Part shown: positions 1 through 11,805 of the stretch, piece after piece
How positions within the stretch are numbered: the stretch's first letter is position 1
Layout of the letters: every line of letters begins with the position of its first letter
Source of the DNA: Podarcis tiliguerta
Lineage: Eukaryota
Assembly (NCBI GenBank): GCA_965153285.1
Contig: OZ229116.1
Reading direction: 5' to 3' (one strand)
Length of the DNA stretch: 64,000 nt
Made by a program: the position numbers and the translations under genes
Notes under the pieces: model-generated
Seen by the model: only the letters and a program-made list of their open reading frames with translations
Database searches by the model: none
Told to the model about the DNA's origin: nothing

Positions 1-2199
1 TCAGCCCGCATTAAGCACATTAAATTGCATTGATTCCAGTCTAACCTAACTTTGGACAAAACATATTTAGTAATAATATGAAATAAAACATTTTCTAGTG
101 AGTGAAGAACATTATGAAAATGGTTGAATTAGAGCTATTAACAGGTTGAGGATTAAATATGTGCATTACACAATTCTTCTGTCTCCTACACCCTTTCCCT
201 CATTGTCAGTGTTAATTGTTAATTGTTTCAAACAATAGACATTTTAGGTATAAATTGTACATGTGAATGTATAAATAGAACATGTGGATATACCAAACTT
301 GATTGCTTTCTTATAGCTGAGATTTCCTTGGGTCAATTTAAGTTTTATGAGGCAGCCGGTGTAAATATTTGTGTGTGAGAGAGATGGAGAAAGAGAGTAT
401 AAGCAATTTCAATGCTCATTGCGAGATCCTACTTACTCTCCCATAACAAGTAGGTTTCTTCATGAGCTAAACATTTTCCCCAGGAAAAGTTGAAACAGTT
501 TCCCACAGATTATTCACTGTGGATCTGAATCACAGTTATAATAAATTATTTATTCAAAAGATGTTTTCTATTTGTTGTTCAGCTGGAAGATACAGTGGCA
601 GAATAAGTATAGTTAGTGTTTCTTCATGTCCCTCCTCCCCTGTTTTGGTTTCTTTAAAATTAAATCAATAGGACTAGGTATGGTTATATGTTATTAATTT
701 CTTCATAATTAGATGTACATGAAGATTGCATTTAATTTTTGCATTGGATTTCTCTATTCATAGTAACTCAACAGAAACCAATGATTTGTTCCAATGATTT
801 AAAGTAGACAACACCTATATTTGATTGGAGTGAGTATCTAGGATTCCTTTGTAACGTTGAGATTTTATACATATAGTTGTTTGTAAAGATAAAATAGGTT
901 GCTTAGGCAAGCTTATTTTCAAATGAATAGGGTTATGCCATATGCATTAATCTTTGTGTTGTTGGGATGTAGTGCTTTATTTTCATATGTATACCGCTGG
1001 AGAAATTCTGGATGCCACATTTTTCCACATAATTTTTATTGTCCCATAAGCAGTATCATATTTTTTCTCTTCCAAACACTCACTGTCACTTTATCTAATC
1101 TCAAAGGTCCTTGAAAGCAAAACCGATAGTTTATATAGCCATCCCTAATATCATAACAGAATGAGGCAAAGAAGAATTTTCATTTCTGTTTTCTTCTACA
1201 TCCATCTTTCATTTAGAGACATTGTGAAAATGTCATTTTCACCTGCAGCATGCCTGAAAGAAGTGTTAATGAGATTACTAAAAGTAGACCTTTATGTTGT
1301 GGGATGCAAATTGGTTTGACACTATAATACAGATTGATATGATTAAATGATTGCATTAATGTAAGAAAAATAAGTGAACAATTTTTTTTCCTTGACTTTG
1401 TTCAGGCTCTTTTTCTCTGTCCATGCACAAATATTTAAATAGTGGCACCGGAAGTTTCCTCAGAAGACATCTGACTCAAACATAATTGTAATCTCCAGCC
1501 TCCTTTATCTCCCATGTAATTAAGGGGGAAGCTTCATTTTCCTAGACAGCATGCAAAAAGATGGTTTGTATCGTGTGATGACCTTATGGAAGTAAATTGA
1601 CTTGCTTAGTGACTATATAATATTTAATGTGATAGATGGTGCCAAAATCCACCTGTGCCAACAGGACATTTAATATTCTGGACTCAGTCCCATAGCTCAA
1701 GTTCATGAGCTGTAATAACAAACTGGAGGGCTGTTGCTTCCTGGCTGCTTTTTTCTTCTTCTAAGCATCTGGTTATTAGGTATGAGTTCCTATGTCCTGA
1801 GTATTTGGGCTTGTATTTTACAGAATTTATGTAACCTGTTGCAGATCTTGTTTATCTGTCAGTATGTACTGTTAGTATGTACTTTTAAAGCAAAATAGGA
1901 AAGCCACTGATTTTGAACCCAATGTGCAACATGTTTTGTAGTACTATTGTACCAATAGCGTTCGAATTAAAAACAGTCTATTAATATATTGGACTTAATT
2001 GCATTTGGACTCTGCAGCTTGGGTGAGGACATTCAGGAATAACCATATCAATAGCCCTAGTACTCCTAGTTCCAGGCACCGACTAGGGCCTTGTATGAAC
2101 TGCTGGCCAAGTCTGCGGGAGAATATTCTAGGAACATCAGGACACCCTCTGGATTCATATGTTTATAGAACTGACCACCAAAATAGGTCTTCTCCCCCT

Positions 2200-2875
2200 G
2201 CAGAAGGTAGAAAGAACATAATGCCCAAACCTTCTCAGAGATCCTTGCAACAGACATGTTAAAGAGCTGAAACAAGCAGGAGCACCCATAATGGCAACTA
2301 AACCCTACCTCACAGACTCTTGAGATACACATAACTTATTGAGGAGATAGCCAAAGACACTTCAGATTCCAAAAGAAGAGAGCAGGAAGAACTTGCCAAC
2401 GACACAGTCACTAAGAGAAGAGCAGGAAGTTTCAAGGCTTGAGCTAGTGAAAGCATCAGTAGAACATATGACTATCAGGGTGAAGGGAGTAGAACAGTGA
2501 GTATCAGACTGCATTCACAGCAGAGATACCATTCTGCAGCAGCATCAGAGAGAGCTGGCCTTCTTACATTCAAAAATCACTGATATGAAAAGGTGAAGCA
2601 ATTTGTTCTTGGTGGGCATTCCAGAGCATGTAGAAGGACACAGCACAGTAAAGTTTGATTATTTTATTTATTTATTTATTGAATTTATATACCGCCCTAT
2701 ACCCAGAGGTCTCAGGGTGGTTCACAGAACAAAATCAAAATATAAAACCACAATATACATAATCAAAATAAAAACAACAACCCAATAACACCCCCCCCCC
2801 AAAAGAACCACATTTTAAAAGGGCATCAGAATTGTAGCTTACTTACTCAAGAACCTACTTGGTCTACCAGAAAGA
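2200..2875 (+). mobile_element. Degenerate L1/Tx1-like LINE ORF1 fragment, interrupted by an L2 tail
   Basis: About 2590-2657 reads R*SNLFLVGIPEHVEG, resembling the L1 ORF1 RRM motif RRNNLRIVGLPEGVEG. It is preceded by coiled-coil-like sequence and resumes after the insertion as VAYLLKNLLGLP. Boundaries approximate. Confidence 0.5.
2658..2826 (-). mobile_element. LINE 3' end (L2-type) with (TAAA)n tail
   Basis: (ttta)n followed by tttatataccgccctatacccagaggtctcagggtggttcacag, the typical reverse-complemented squamate L2 3' terminus. Confidence 0.65.
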
Positions 2876-4796
2876 AACATTATTTGACAATGTGTTGGCT
2901 TTTACATTTTGTAAAAAAATCAAATGAGCTAAGCTTAGGCAAATGTGCTGATTATTATGTTTGTAAAAAGCATACTATGACAAAAATAATTTATGCAGCT
3001 CCTGGCCCAATCGGTTTACAGTCTGAGAGCTAAAGTAGTAAAGCTTGTGATGGCTCTGTCATGGAATTTGAAATAATTCATGTCTATATCTCAATGTACT
3101 AGTTTTTTATCTGTCATAAATTCCATCACAGAAACATGTAGAAATGCACCAAAATGCACCTTTAGCAAGATGAGTTGATTGATACTGAGTTCCTAATGTT
3201 TGGGCATACATCATTTCCAGTGTACTTAGCTGTATTTCCAGCAGCAATATTTGGGCTTCTTACAAACCTAGACATTCTTGGGCTATATAAAATACACACC
3301 TGGTTAGCACTGTCCTGGCTTTGACTTCAATACATTGCTAAAGAGAATGGAAATGATTTTTAAAAACCTGGTTATCATGTTTCATCATCTCTTTTCCTTC
3401 CTTTAATTATGTCAGTCAGGGGTTGTTGTTTTTTGTCTTGAGTGTTATCGACTTCTCCCAGAATGACTGCAAAATGCCAGAGGCATTGGTACTGCCATGT
3501 ACTTAGGTTTTCCGATTCTCTTCACCCTCTTTCTAACCCATGGACTGTTAGCTATTTGGTTGAGCCATTTCCATTCAGTCGTTGACTTCTCACCATTAAT
3601 TGGATGACAAAAAGCAGGGCAAACTTTGCAACTTGCCTTCCTTGCACCCTTTTCTTTGATTTCTCCCTCTGCCATCCTTCCTGCTTCTTCTTAATCATTT
3701 ATAGTTCGTGTTTTGAGGGCTATAAGTCGCATCGGATTTCAGTTTGTGAAGCTCACATTGACAGGAGGCAGATTGCAATGAAGACCATAAACTGACAGTT
3801 TAGGGCAAGCACGCTATTGGCCTCAGGCAATTGAGGATGTAGCCCGCTCCATCCTTCTGACTTAGGACATTTGTCCCTCTTGAGGTCTCATGTCCTTTCT
3901 GGTGATAGATTGAGAAAGACAAGCAGCACATGGGTAGGCAAACACCTCACCCAGGCGCTTGGTGCCATTTAACAGTTTCCTTTTGCTTTTGACATTTCCC
4001 TTTCCCTTTTTCACCTCATTCATCACTAGCTGTTTCTGTCTAACGTCCACTACACAGAACTAATATAAAATGACAGAATACATATATGAACTGTATTACT
4101 CACTTTTGATTCTGTACGGGCTAGCTGAATTACACTGCACCTGTGAAAGAGCCAATTACAATTAATTATCAGCCTCCTACTGTCATCAATCAGGATGAAA
4201 AGGCTAATTTTGGGGGGCGGGGGGTGGTAGGAAACCAAATGTATGTATGGGTGTTCCACTTTTAACCTGCCTAGGTTTTCTGTTTTTGCTCTTCACACCA
4301 GTGACAATTTGGCCAGTCTGCTCACAGCATAATATTTCAATTCTCATTCTCTAATTTGCTATCTGTAATTACTGGATTTTTATCCAGCACAAATTAGAAA
4401 ATGGGACCTTAATGGCTAGATCAAAAACTGCAACATAAAACATACTGCTTTGCAACCCAAACTATGATTTTAATGACTACTAAATTGCAGTGCTCTGTTG
4501 TACATTAAAAAAAAAAACATTTTCTGTGGGGTCTTTATAGATTGGAATTTATTTCAGCAACTGGGAAGCAGTTATACGTTGCTTTTTTCCATACAGTTTT
4601 GTAAGAAGTGTGTGTATATGTGTCTGAATAGCATAACATTTTGCTTTTGACTGCCTTGACTGCCATCATATGGTACCTGTTAAGAGAAGGGAGTTTGTGT
4701 AAGCATCAGTGAGTATCTCTGGGTAGCACTGGTGGTGGTAGAGACCAGATAGTCTTAACAAAGTAATTCTCTAGTTGCTGATACCTAGTGTATAGT

Positions 4797-4852
4797 GTTG
4801 TTGTTGTTTAGTCGTGACTGACTCTTCGTGACCCCATGGACCAGAGCACGCC
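4797..4852 (-). mobile_element. Very short BovB/RTE LINE 3' end with (CAA)n tail
   Basis: gttgttgttgtttagtcg...gactcttcgtgaccccatggaccagagcacgcc is the reverse complement of the BovB 3' terminus. Confidence 0.8.
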
Positions 4853-6980
4853 TACTATACACTAGCCTTCTGGAGACGGCACACTGAGTGGGCATTGCCC
4901 AGCAAGCAAGGCAGAGAGTTAAAGACTCCTTTTTGTGCTGGGAATGCTCAAGCAGAACAGCCTGGGGCATGCCCCTAAGTGCCAAACATGACCTTAACTC
5001 TGTGGGGCCTCTGCTTGAAGGGACTCACGCTGTTGCTTGAGGTGATGTAACAATGCAGGGAACCCCCATTCGTGTGTGCTACAAAAGCAGCTCTTCACCC
5101 CAATATATCACTCTTCACATAAGGTGGTGCGCAGTAGTTTCCCTGCAAGCCGACTAAAATACACTCCCATCCTTTCAGGGACAGCTCTCCCATCCTTCCT
5201 CAGCCTGTGCACACCACTGGTGCTCATGGTTCAGATGGAGGTGGGTTCTATGTCCTGCTGGGCACATGTTGGAAGATGTGGAACAGCTTCCTGGTCGCAA
5301 CGGTGAAACTAGTGCTCCCCTACAGCTGAAGCCACTTGGGGCTATTTATATATATGGGTATGCCTATTAAATGGTAACTTGATTAACAGTTGAGGCCAGA
5401 AAGGGAGGTAATGTGAAATGTGTGTCCCAGAAGAGTCGGTTGACTCCTGATTGTAAGCTATGGTTGCAGGGAGTACTCATAATCTGTGTACTAGATCAAA
5501 GTGATCTGTTTCTGGCAACACCCCATCTTGTATACCTGAGCTCCAGGTAGGCATATAGAGGAGGAGGAGACATACAGGGCTAGTCTAAAATGACGGAAGA
5601 ATCTTTCATTGGGTACCAAATTACCTCAGCTGGAGTATCCCTGTATGCTTATAAAGTAACCTTTTTCTTTGGAAGGAAATTAAAATATAGATTCTATTTA
5701 CGGCGGGGAAAGAGGAATAGGGAATTCAGGCTGTCTCTTTAGTAAGAGCATGTAATAAACCATTTCTTTGCACATAGGGTTTTATATAGACATATGGTAT
5801 CAAATGGCAGAAAATTGAAATTGTCAGGGGTTTTTTTACTTGAACTGATGCTTTCTATTATCTATTTGAGCTAACATAAAATCCTTTCCAAAGCACTTTT
5901 TTGTTAGCTTGCTCAAAGCCTTTTCAGTTTCTTGCCGTGCATTATATTCTAGCTGCTGCTGAAAAAGGGTATTGCATTTACCAGAATTCAACTTTAAATG
6001 TCTTAAAAATTTAATCACTGAAAAGATCAATACAGACAGTAGTTAGCCAATAACTCCCAGAGCTTAAGGGAAGTTTTGAGCTATAGTACTTTAATGAATT
6101 ATTGAATGCTACTTGGGAGAGAGAGGGCACTTAAAATATACTAAAAATATTTGGCCTTTCTTTTCAAGCTTCCATTAATGGAATGAGACACTGGGGGGGG
6201 GGGGGGAGATTGGTAACCACTTACACTGGTGTTATCCAGTTAAAGCCAGTGAGCCTACACTTGTGACAGTGGCTGCTTGAATCCTCATCTTTCTGTAAAG
6301 CTACTTTAGGCCAGAAGCAAAAAAGCCATTTTATGCAAAAGTCACTAATCAGCTGTAATATGCCCCAAAATGGTTTGGAATGAGAGTAATAAATGCATGG
6401 ATTGTTCAGGGTTACATAAACTGCATGCCACTTAATACATTATTCATTTTAGCCCAAAGGTATAATTATTCAGTGAAGTGAGAACCTAAGAAATTAGTTC
6501 CTTATTAATGTCTGTATGAGTAGCTCATTTTATTTATTTTAGTAAAATATTTTTATTTTAAAATCTCTAGAGCCAGTTTGTGCACAGCACATCTATAATT
6601 TACATGTGTTTCTTTCTTGCTTTATTATTAAAATTAAATGGTTTCGTATTTAAAATCAGGTATTTTAAAACTGTCATCGTATGTATATAAATGCTAATGG
6701 TTTATATGTATACAAAAGCTTTTTTTTTACAGTTTATGTATGTGTACGTGTGTGTTTGTGTATAGGTCTTTTTAAAGATGTTTGAACTTAATGTTAGCCG
6801 TTATATTCATGTTAACAAGTGGTATCCATAAAATGCAAGAAATATACCTGACCTGGAAGAAGAATTAGATACCAAAGAAATTCAGGATTTGGGAAAAGGA
6901 AGAAAACTTGTAGCGGGGGTAAGAGGGCACAAATAAAGCAAGCTGCTCCCAGAAATTGGTATATGTAAAGTTTGTTAGGT

Positions 6981-7380
6981 AAGGGCCATTGCCCTTCAGG
7001 CAGGAGGTCCCTGGTTCAATCCCTGGCTCTCCAGGAAGGGCTGGGAGAGGCCCCCGACTGAACCCCTGAAGAACTACTACCAGTCAGTACAGTGGTACCT
7101 TGGGTTAAGCACTTAATTCGTTCTGGAGGTCTGTTCTTAACCTGAAACTGTTCTTTACCTGAAGCACCACTTTAGCTAACGGGGCCTCTTGCTGCCGCTG
7201 TGCCGCCGCTGCGTGATTTCTGTTCTCATCCTGAAGCAAAGTTCTTAACCTGAGGTACTATTTCTGGGTTAGCGGAGTCTGTAACCTGAAGTGTATGTAA
7301 CCTGAGGTACCCCTTTATAGATGATAAGGAGGTAGGTGGGTCAACAGCCTGACTCAGCATGAGGCAGCTTCCATCGTTCT
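6981..7380 (+). mobile_element. tRNA-derived SINE with CR1-like tail (Squam2-like), split by a mariner MITE
   Basis: B-box ggttcaatccc, body ccaggaagggctgggaga...ccagtcagta, and the tail gcctgactcagcatgaggcagcttcc resumes after the MITE. Confidence 0.65.
7090..7315 (+). mobile_element. Tc1/mariner (Tigger/pogo-like) MITE, family A
   Basis: TA|CAGTGGTACCT... with a degenerate right TIR (gaggtacccctt|TA); nearly collinear with the copies at 8638 and 17709. Confidence 0.88.
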
Positions 7381-8637
7381 GGCGGTTATATAGTGTTATA
7401 ACATTAGGCCGACTCAATAAATCATAATTGAACATACTGAGGGATATTTTCTTCATAAGGTCAAAATGGTTGGTGTTTGAAAAATGCTTCATGTTTAGCC
7501 TTTTCTCTGCCACTTTCTGAAAGTGAGTCAATTTTGCATCGTTAGACATTCCCATATTTTCTTTTTTTTATAAATGCCATTGAGGGCAGAGCCTACCCCT
7601 TCTAGCATGCAGCCACCTTCGTCTTGGCAAGAGAAAACACATGTAGAATTATTTCTTTATGTAAAATACCTGTTGCAAAGTCTGTAACGACCCCCAGCAG
7701 AGCTGTTCTGGGACTTCTTGCTAATTGCCGGGCACTAATTGTGCTCAGAATGCTAAGATACTTGTTACCATGCTTGCTCAAGGACATGTCTTTATACACC
7801 TCCGAAACCTACGTTTCTGTTTTCATGGACTAAGCCCTTCCAAAACGTGAAAGACTAGGAGAGATTTGCCTTAGTACCAGTGGACTCAACACCAAGCAGT
7901 GATCTAGCAAGCCAAGGATGTTGCATTCAGATTAGTCTCTGATGTTTCATCTGCAAAATGGATGTAAGTGAATTCTGTAATTTACTCCCACCCTCTAAAT
8001 GGGCGCAGAACGAGGTGGAGAGGGGATGGGGAAGAGCAATAAGCGGGTGGGGAGGCTGTGGCAAGAATTATCCACATTATTATAGGGAAAATTGATGTGC
8101 GATGATGATGTTTGTTTTGTTTTGTTTTTAGCTTTCAAAAAGCTATCTTAGTTATTGGTACTTGCCAGCTCCTGAGGTAGTGAATTCTGTGTAAGGTAAT
8201 TTGGTTGCATAAAGAAGTTAGTTCGGTTGCACATGGCCTCCATATGGCACTGGTCTTTTACTTGTGACCCTAGGCCCTTATTTACCTATTGCTTGTATTT
8301 ATAAATACAGGTTTACTTTTTAATGTTTGAATTCTAACTTTAGCTTCAAACTTCAGTGCCTTGAGTGGTGGGTTCAGACCCAGGAAAAAGGAATGGCTGA
8401 TAAAAAGAACAGCAAGACCTCAATAAGGCTTGGAAGTGGGCATTGCAAGCAGGCAAAAGGCAACCATTTGTGTGCCATATCCTCTTATTCTATGAAAGTT
8501 TACATGTCATACAAAGTCCAGCAGACATGTATGGAAAAATCTATGACTCTGCATCCTCAGCAGTGAGGAGTATGCTTTGCATATTTTTTGTGCCATCATC
8601 GTTCAGTCATTGCCTCGCATTAAGGAGAAACCAGCTA

Positions 8638-8863
8638 CAGTGGTACCTCGTGTTAAGTACTTAATTTGTTCTGGAGGTCTGTTCTTAACCTGAAACCGTT
8701 CTTAACCTGAAGCACCACTTTAGCTAATGGGGCCTCCTGCTGCTGCTGTGCCACCGGAGCACGATTTCTGTTCTTATCCTGAAGCAAAGTTCTTAACCTG
8801 AAACACTATTTCTGGATTAGCAGAGTCTGTAACCTGAAGCGTATGTAACCCGAGGTACCACTG
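8638..8863 (+). mobile_element. Tc1/mariner MITE, family A
   Basis: TA|CAGTGGTACCTCG...CGAGGTACCACTG|TA: TIRs and TA TSD intact. Confidence 0.92.
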
Positions 8864-9913
8864 TATGTGTTTTTTTAAAATAATAAAATGGAACTGATTT
8901 GACCATAAAATGGGTAATTGAGAAAGATGAAAAACACACAATTTTTAAAAAGCAGCCAGATCAATACCAAAACATTGTTGAAGTGTAATGTGTTATAAAG
9001 TTCATCCAGAAATCTTAACATTTATACCATCCCAGGTTTTTCTCAGTTGTCAACTTCTTTTCCTTTTCCTTTCAGATTACTAGTGGTCACATGAGCACCA
9101 GCTAAATGTCTAATAAATCTCCAGGCAAAGCTAGGTTGACTTGTGTGGAACTGACTTTAAAAATATTTGATGGAACATTGCTTCAGTCTCTGAATACTTG
9201 TCAGATTAGATTTATTACAGCGGCTCTGATTACAGAGATGTGCACTTTGGTCCATAGGGATCCTTCTGTGTCTTTGGTTATAGAGTCCTCACTATTGTTA
9301 TGTCACCGTTGATCAATTATTCACTTTTGACACTCTTAGTCCAGCATAATGTTGTTTGATTCATACACCATAGCAACTTTGTGTGTGGATGTTTCTGCTT
9401 TGTATACATGTTCACTAAGAGGAATGGAAATCTTCCTGAATAAAAGATAAAATAGAAGTAGAGAATATTCTTTAATCTGTTAAGAATAACAAATGGTTAA
9501 AAGTGGTAACCAGAGCTATCTATTTTAGTTATGGTTTTATTTTATTTTAATTTTGTTCTGTTCCATTTCTGGATTAACCTGCAAGTGGTTTTTTAACCCC
9601 ATCAAAGCACACATTTGAATGAGTATTTTAAATGATAGATTTAAATTTGTACTTTACTTGTGTAGTTTATTTGAAAACAAATATTTTAAATCATAGGTGT
9701 GCATTTTGGTATATTTCAATTACCCAAACTGCTCTGCAGCATTCAGAGAAGTGGAAAATTAAATCGATTGGAAAGTTCCAGTTCATACATTAGTAAGTAC
9801 AGAAAGTTGCAAACATCATATTTTTCAAGTATCCCTAATAAGGACTTGCGAGTTCCTTACATAATTTTATTCATTAAAAGTAAACAGATCAAACTATTTT
9901 CAGTCTGTGTTAG

Positions 9914-10481
9914 TGTCAGTGCTGGAGTCAAACATAGCTCAGCAATCAAAGCAAAACACGGTGTCAGTGAAGTAAACTCTTTATTTAAGAAACCAAAACA
10001 GTGCAGGCCTAGTGATCCCAGCAGCCCTTCCCAGAAGGTCTTGCTCCAACAAGGAAGTTGCAAGGACTGAAGGTCCTTCCCACAACTTCCTAAGGTTCCT
10101 CATTTCCAGGGTCTTTCTCAAGCTGTGGCAAACTGCCTGCAAACACCCACGCACCCTGCTCTGCCCTCTCCAATTCTCTGCATGTTCTAGGAGACCAGAG
10201 GGGAGTGCAGCTGGTCACAGCAGAAGGGGGAGACTCCCTGGCTTCTTCAGTAGTCCTCCTCTCTGCCCCCTGGCCCCACTCCCCTCCAGCCTCCGCTTCT
10301 GCCTTGGAGTCTGAACTGCCCTCTACCACAGCCTCTTCCTCCTCACTAAACTCGGTGGCCTCTTCAGCTTCCGAAACCTCCTCTTCCCACCACCAGCCCC
10401 CTGGATCTGAGCCTTCTTCTCTTGCTGGGTTCCCCAGCTGGTGTCTTCCACCACTCATCTGTATCCAACCAGACCATGACA
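9914..10481 (-). mobile_element. Solo LTR (probably Gypsy/Metaviridae)
   Basis: TGTCA...TGACA termini, perfect 5-bp TSD GTTAG (9909-9913 and 10482-10486), AATAAA on the minus strand at 9980-9985. Confidence 0.88.
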
Positions 10482-10897
10482 GTTAGGTTTGCATGTGTTG
10501 ATAAAACTGGCATTTTAAAATCAAACTGCAATCATCCCATTTCTGTATCAATCTGCAAATTTTAAAAGTATTTGAAATTTTGCATTACTTTGGCTTGTTT
10601 TAAACCTAAATGTACATTTTTATATGCAAAATTTGAATAATGTGAAAAATGCATGAAGACTCTGTCAGGCCAGTTCCCTTAAAATATGGAATTGACCAGG
10701 GCTTCCCAGGCAGCTGTGCAGAGCTCTCAGTGTCTGGCAAAACTCATCTCCATAGTTTCTCTGCTTGCCCTCTCTTAAAGTGCTGTGCCTCATGATTGTC
10801 ACCATCAAGTATATGCACCTTTCTCCATTAAAGAAAAGAGAACTTTTATCAATGGAAAGTGAAAAATTAATTTAGTGGAAAATGTAATGTATGTTTG

Positions 10898-10899
<2 letters not shown>

Positions 10900-10937
<38 letters not shown>
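10900..10937. repeat. (TG)n microsatellite
   Basis: About 19 perfect GT units. Confidence 0.97.
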
Positions 10938-10941
<4 letters not shown>

Positions 10942-11634
10942 ACAGACATAAAAACCTTCATTTCTTTTTCTAACTTGGGCGCATAATAACATGTTGTAGT
11001 TTTGGTTTTCTGAAATAGTGAAGCAACATGATGACTGAATTAACAATCATTTGAATGTGTGATATATTTTTTATTGGCTGTGACTTTTCACAGAAGTCCT
11101 GGCTCTGTTTTATGCCATAAACATTGTGCTGGTTTTAGTAGAAATTTTGGAAAATGTATGTCCTCTACAATATGGTTACCCATCCTTAAGTATCCTTGAA
11201 AAATAAATGTTTGGTAAGCAGAATTACAGAGCTGAGGCAAAATGTGTTTTTTCCTGGCATGAAGCCCTGATTGTCTGTACACACAGATGGTTAAGTGTTT
11301 AAAAAGCTTCATTCAGCCTTGGCACGGGGTGAGAGGATGGAAGATTATCTGAAATAGAGTGCATTTTAGCTCATAACTTTTTTCCTGGGGTGTATTGGTT
11401 TTTTGTCTTTGGATGTTTCCCCTTTTGTGAACTTCCCATAAAACAAAATATAGTGTCAGGAAGGAGGTTGTTTGTTTAGATGCCATATGTTTCTCTTGAA
11501 CTTGGTGCCACTTCTGAATTGACTGTGGTCTAATGGAAAGCAAGGAAATCACTCCTCACAAACAGTAAAAAAATGTTCAGAATGAAGGATGTTTAAGAGA
11601 AGTAGACTGATTCCCTCAGGGTGACCTCTCTAAA

Positions 11635-11805
11635 TATGCTTTATACTGAGTCTGGCCATTGGTCCTTCTAGCTGGCATTGTCTTCACGGACTAACAGAGA
11701 CTTTCCAGGGTTTCTCAGATGGCTCTGTCCAAGCTCTGTCTGGAGATGTTAGGGACCTTCTGAATGCAAAGCATGTGTACTCCCAGTGGGCTGTAATCTT
11801 TCCCC
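11635..11805 (-). mobile_element. Degenerate tRNA-derived SINE with CR1-like tail (same family as 6981-7380)
   Basis: ttatactgagtctggccattggtccttctagct ... gggaccttctgaatgcaaagcatgtgtactcccagtgggct matches the reverse complement of the family. Confidence 0.6.
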
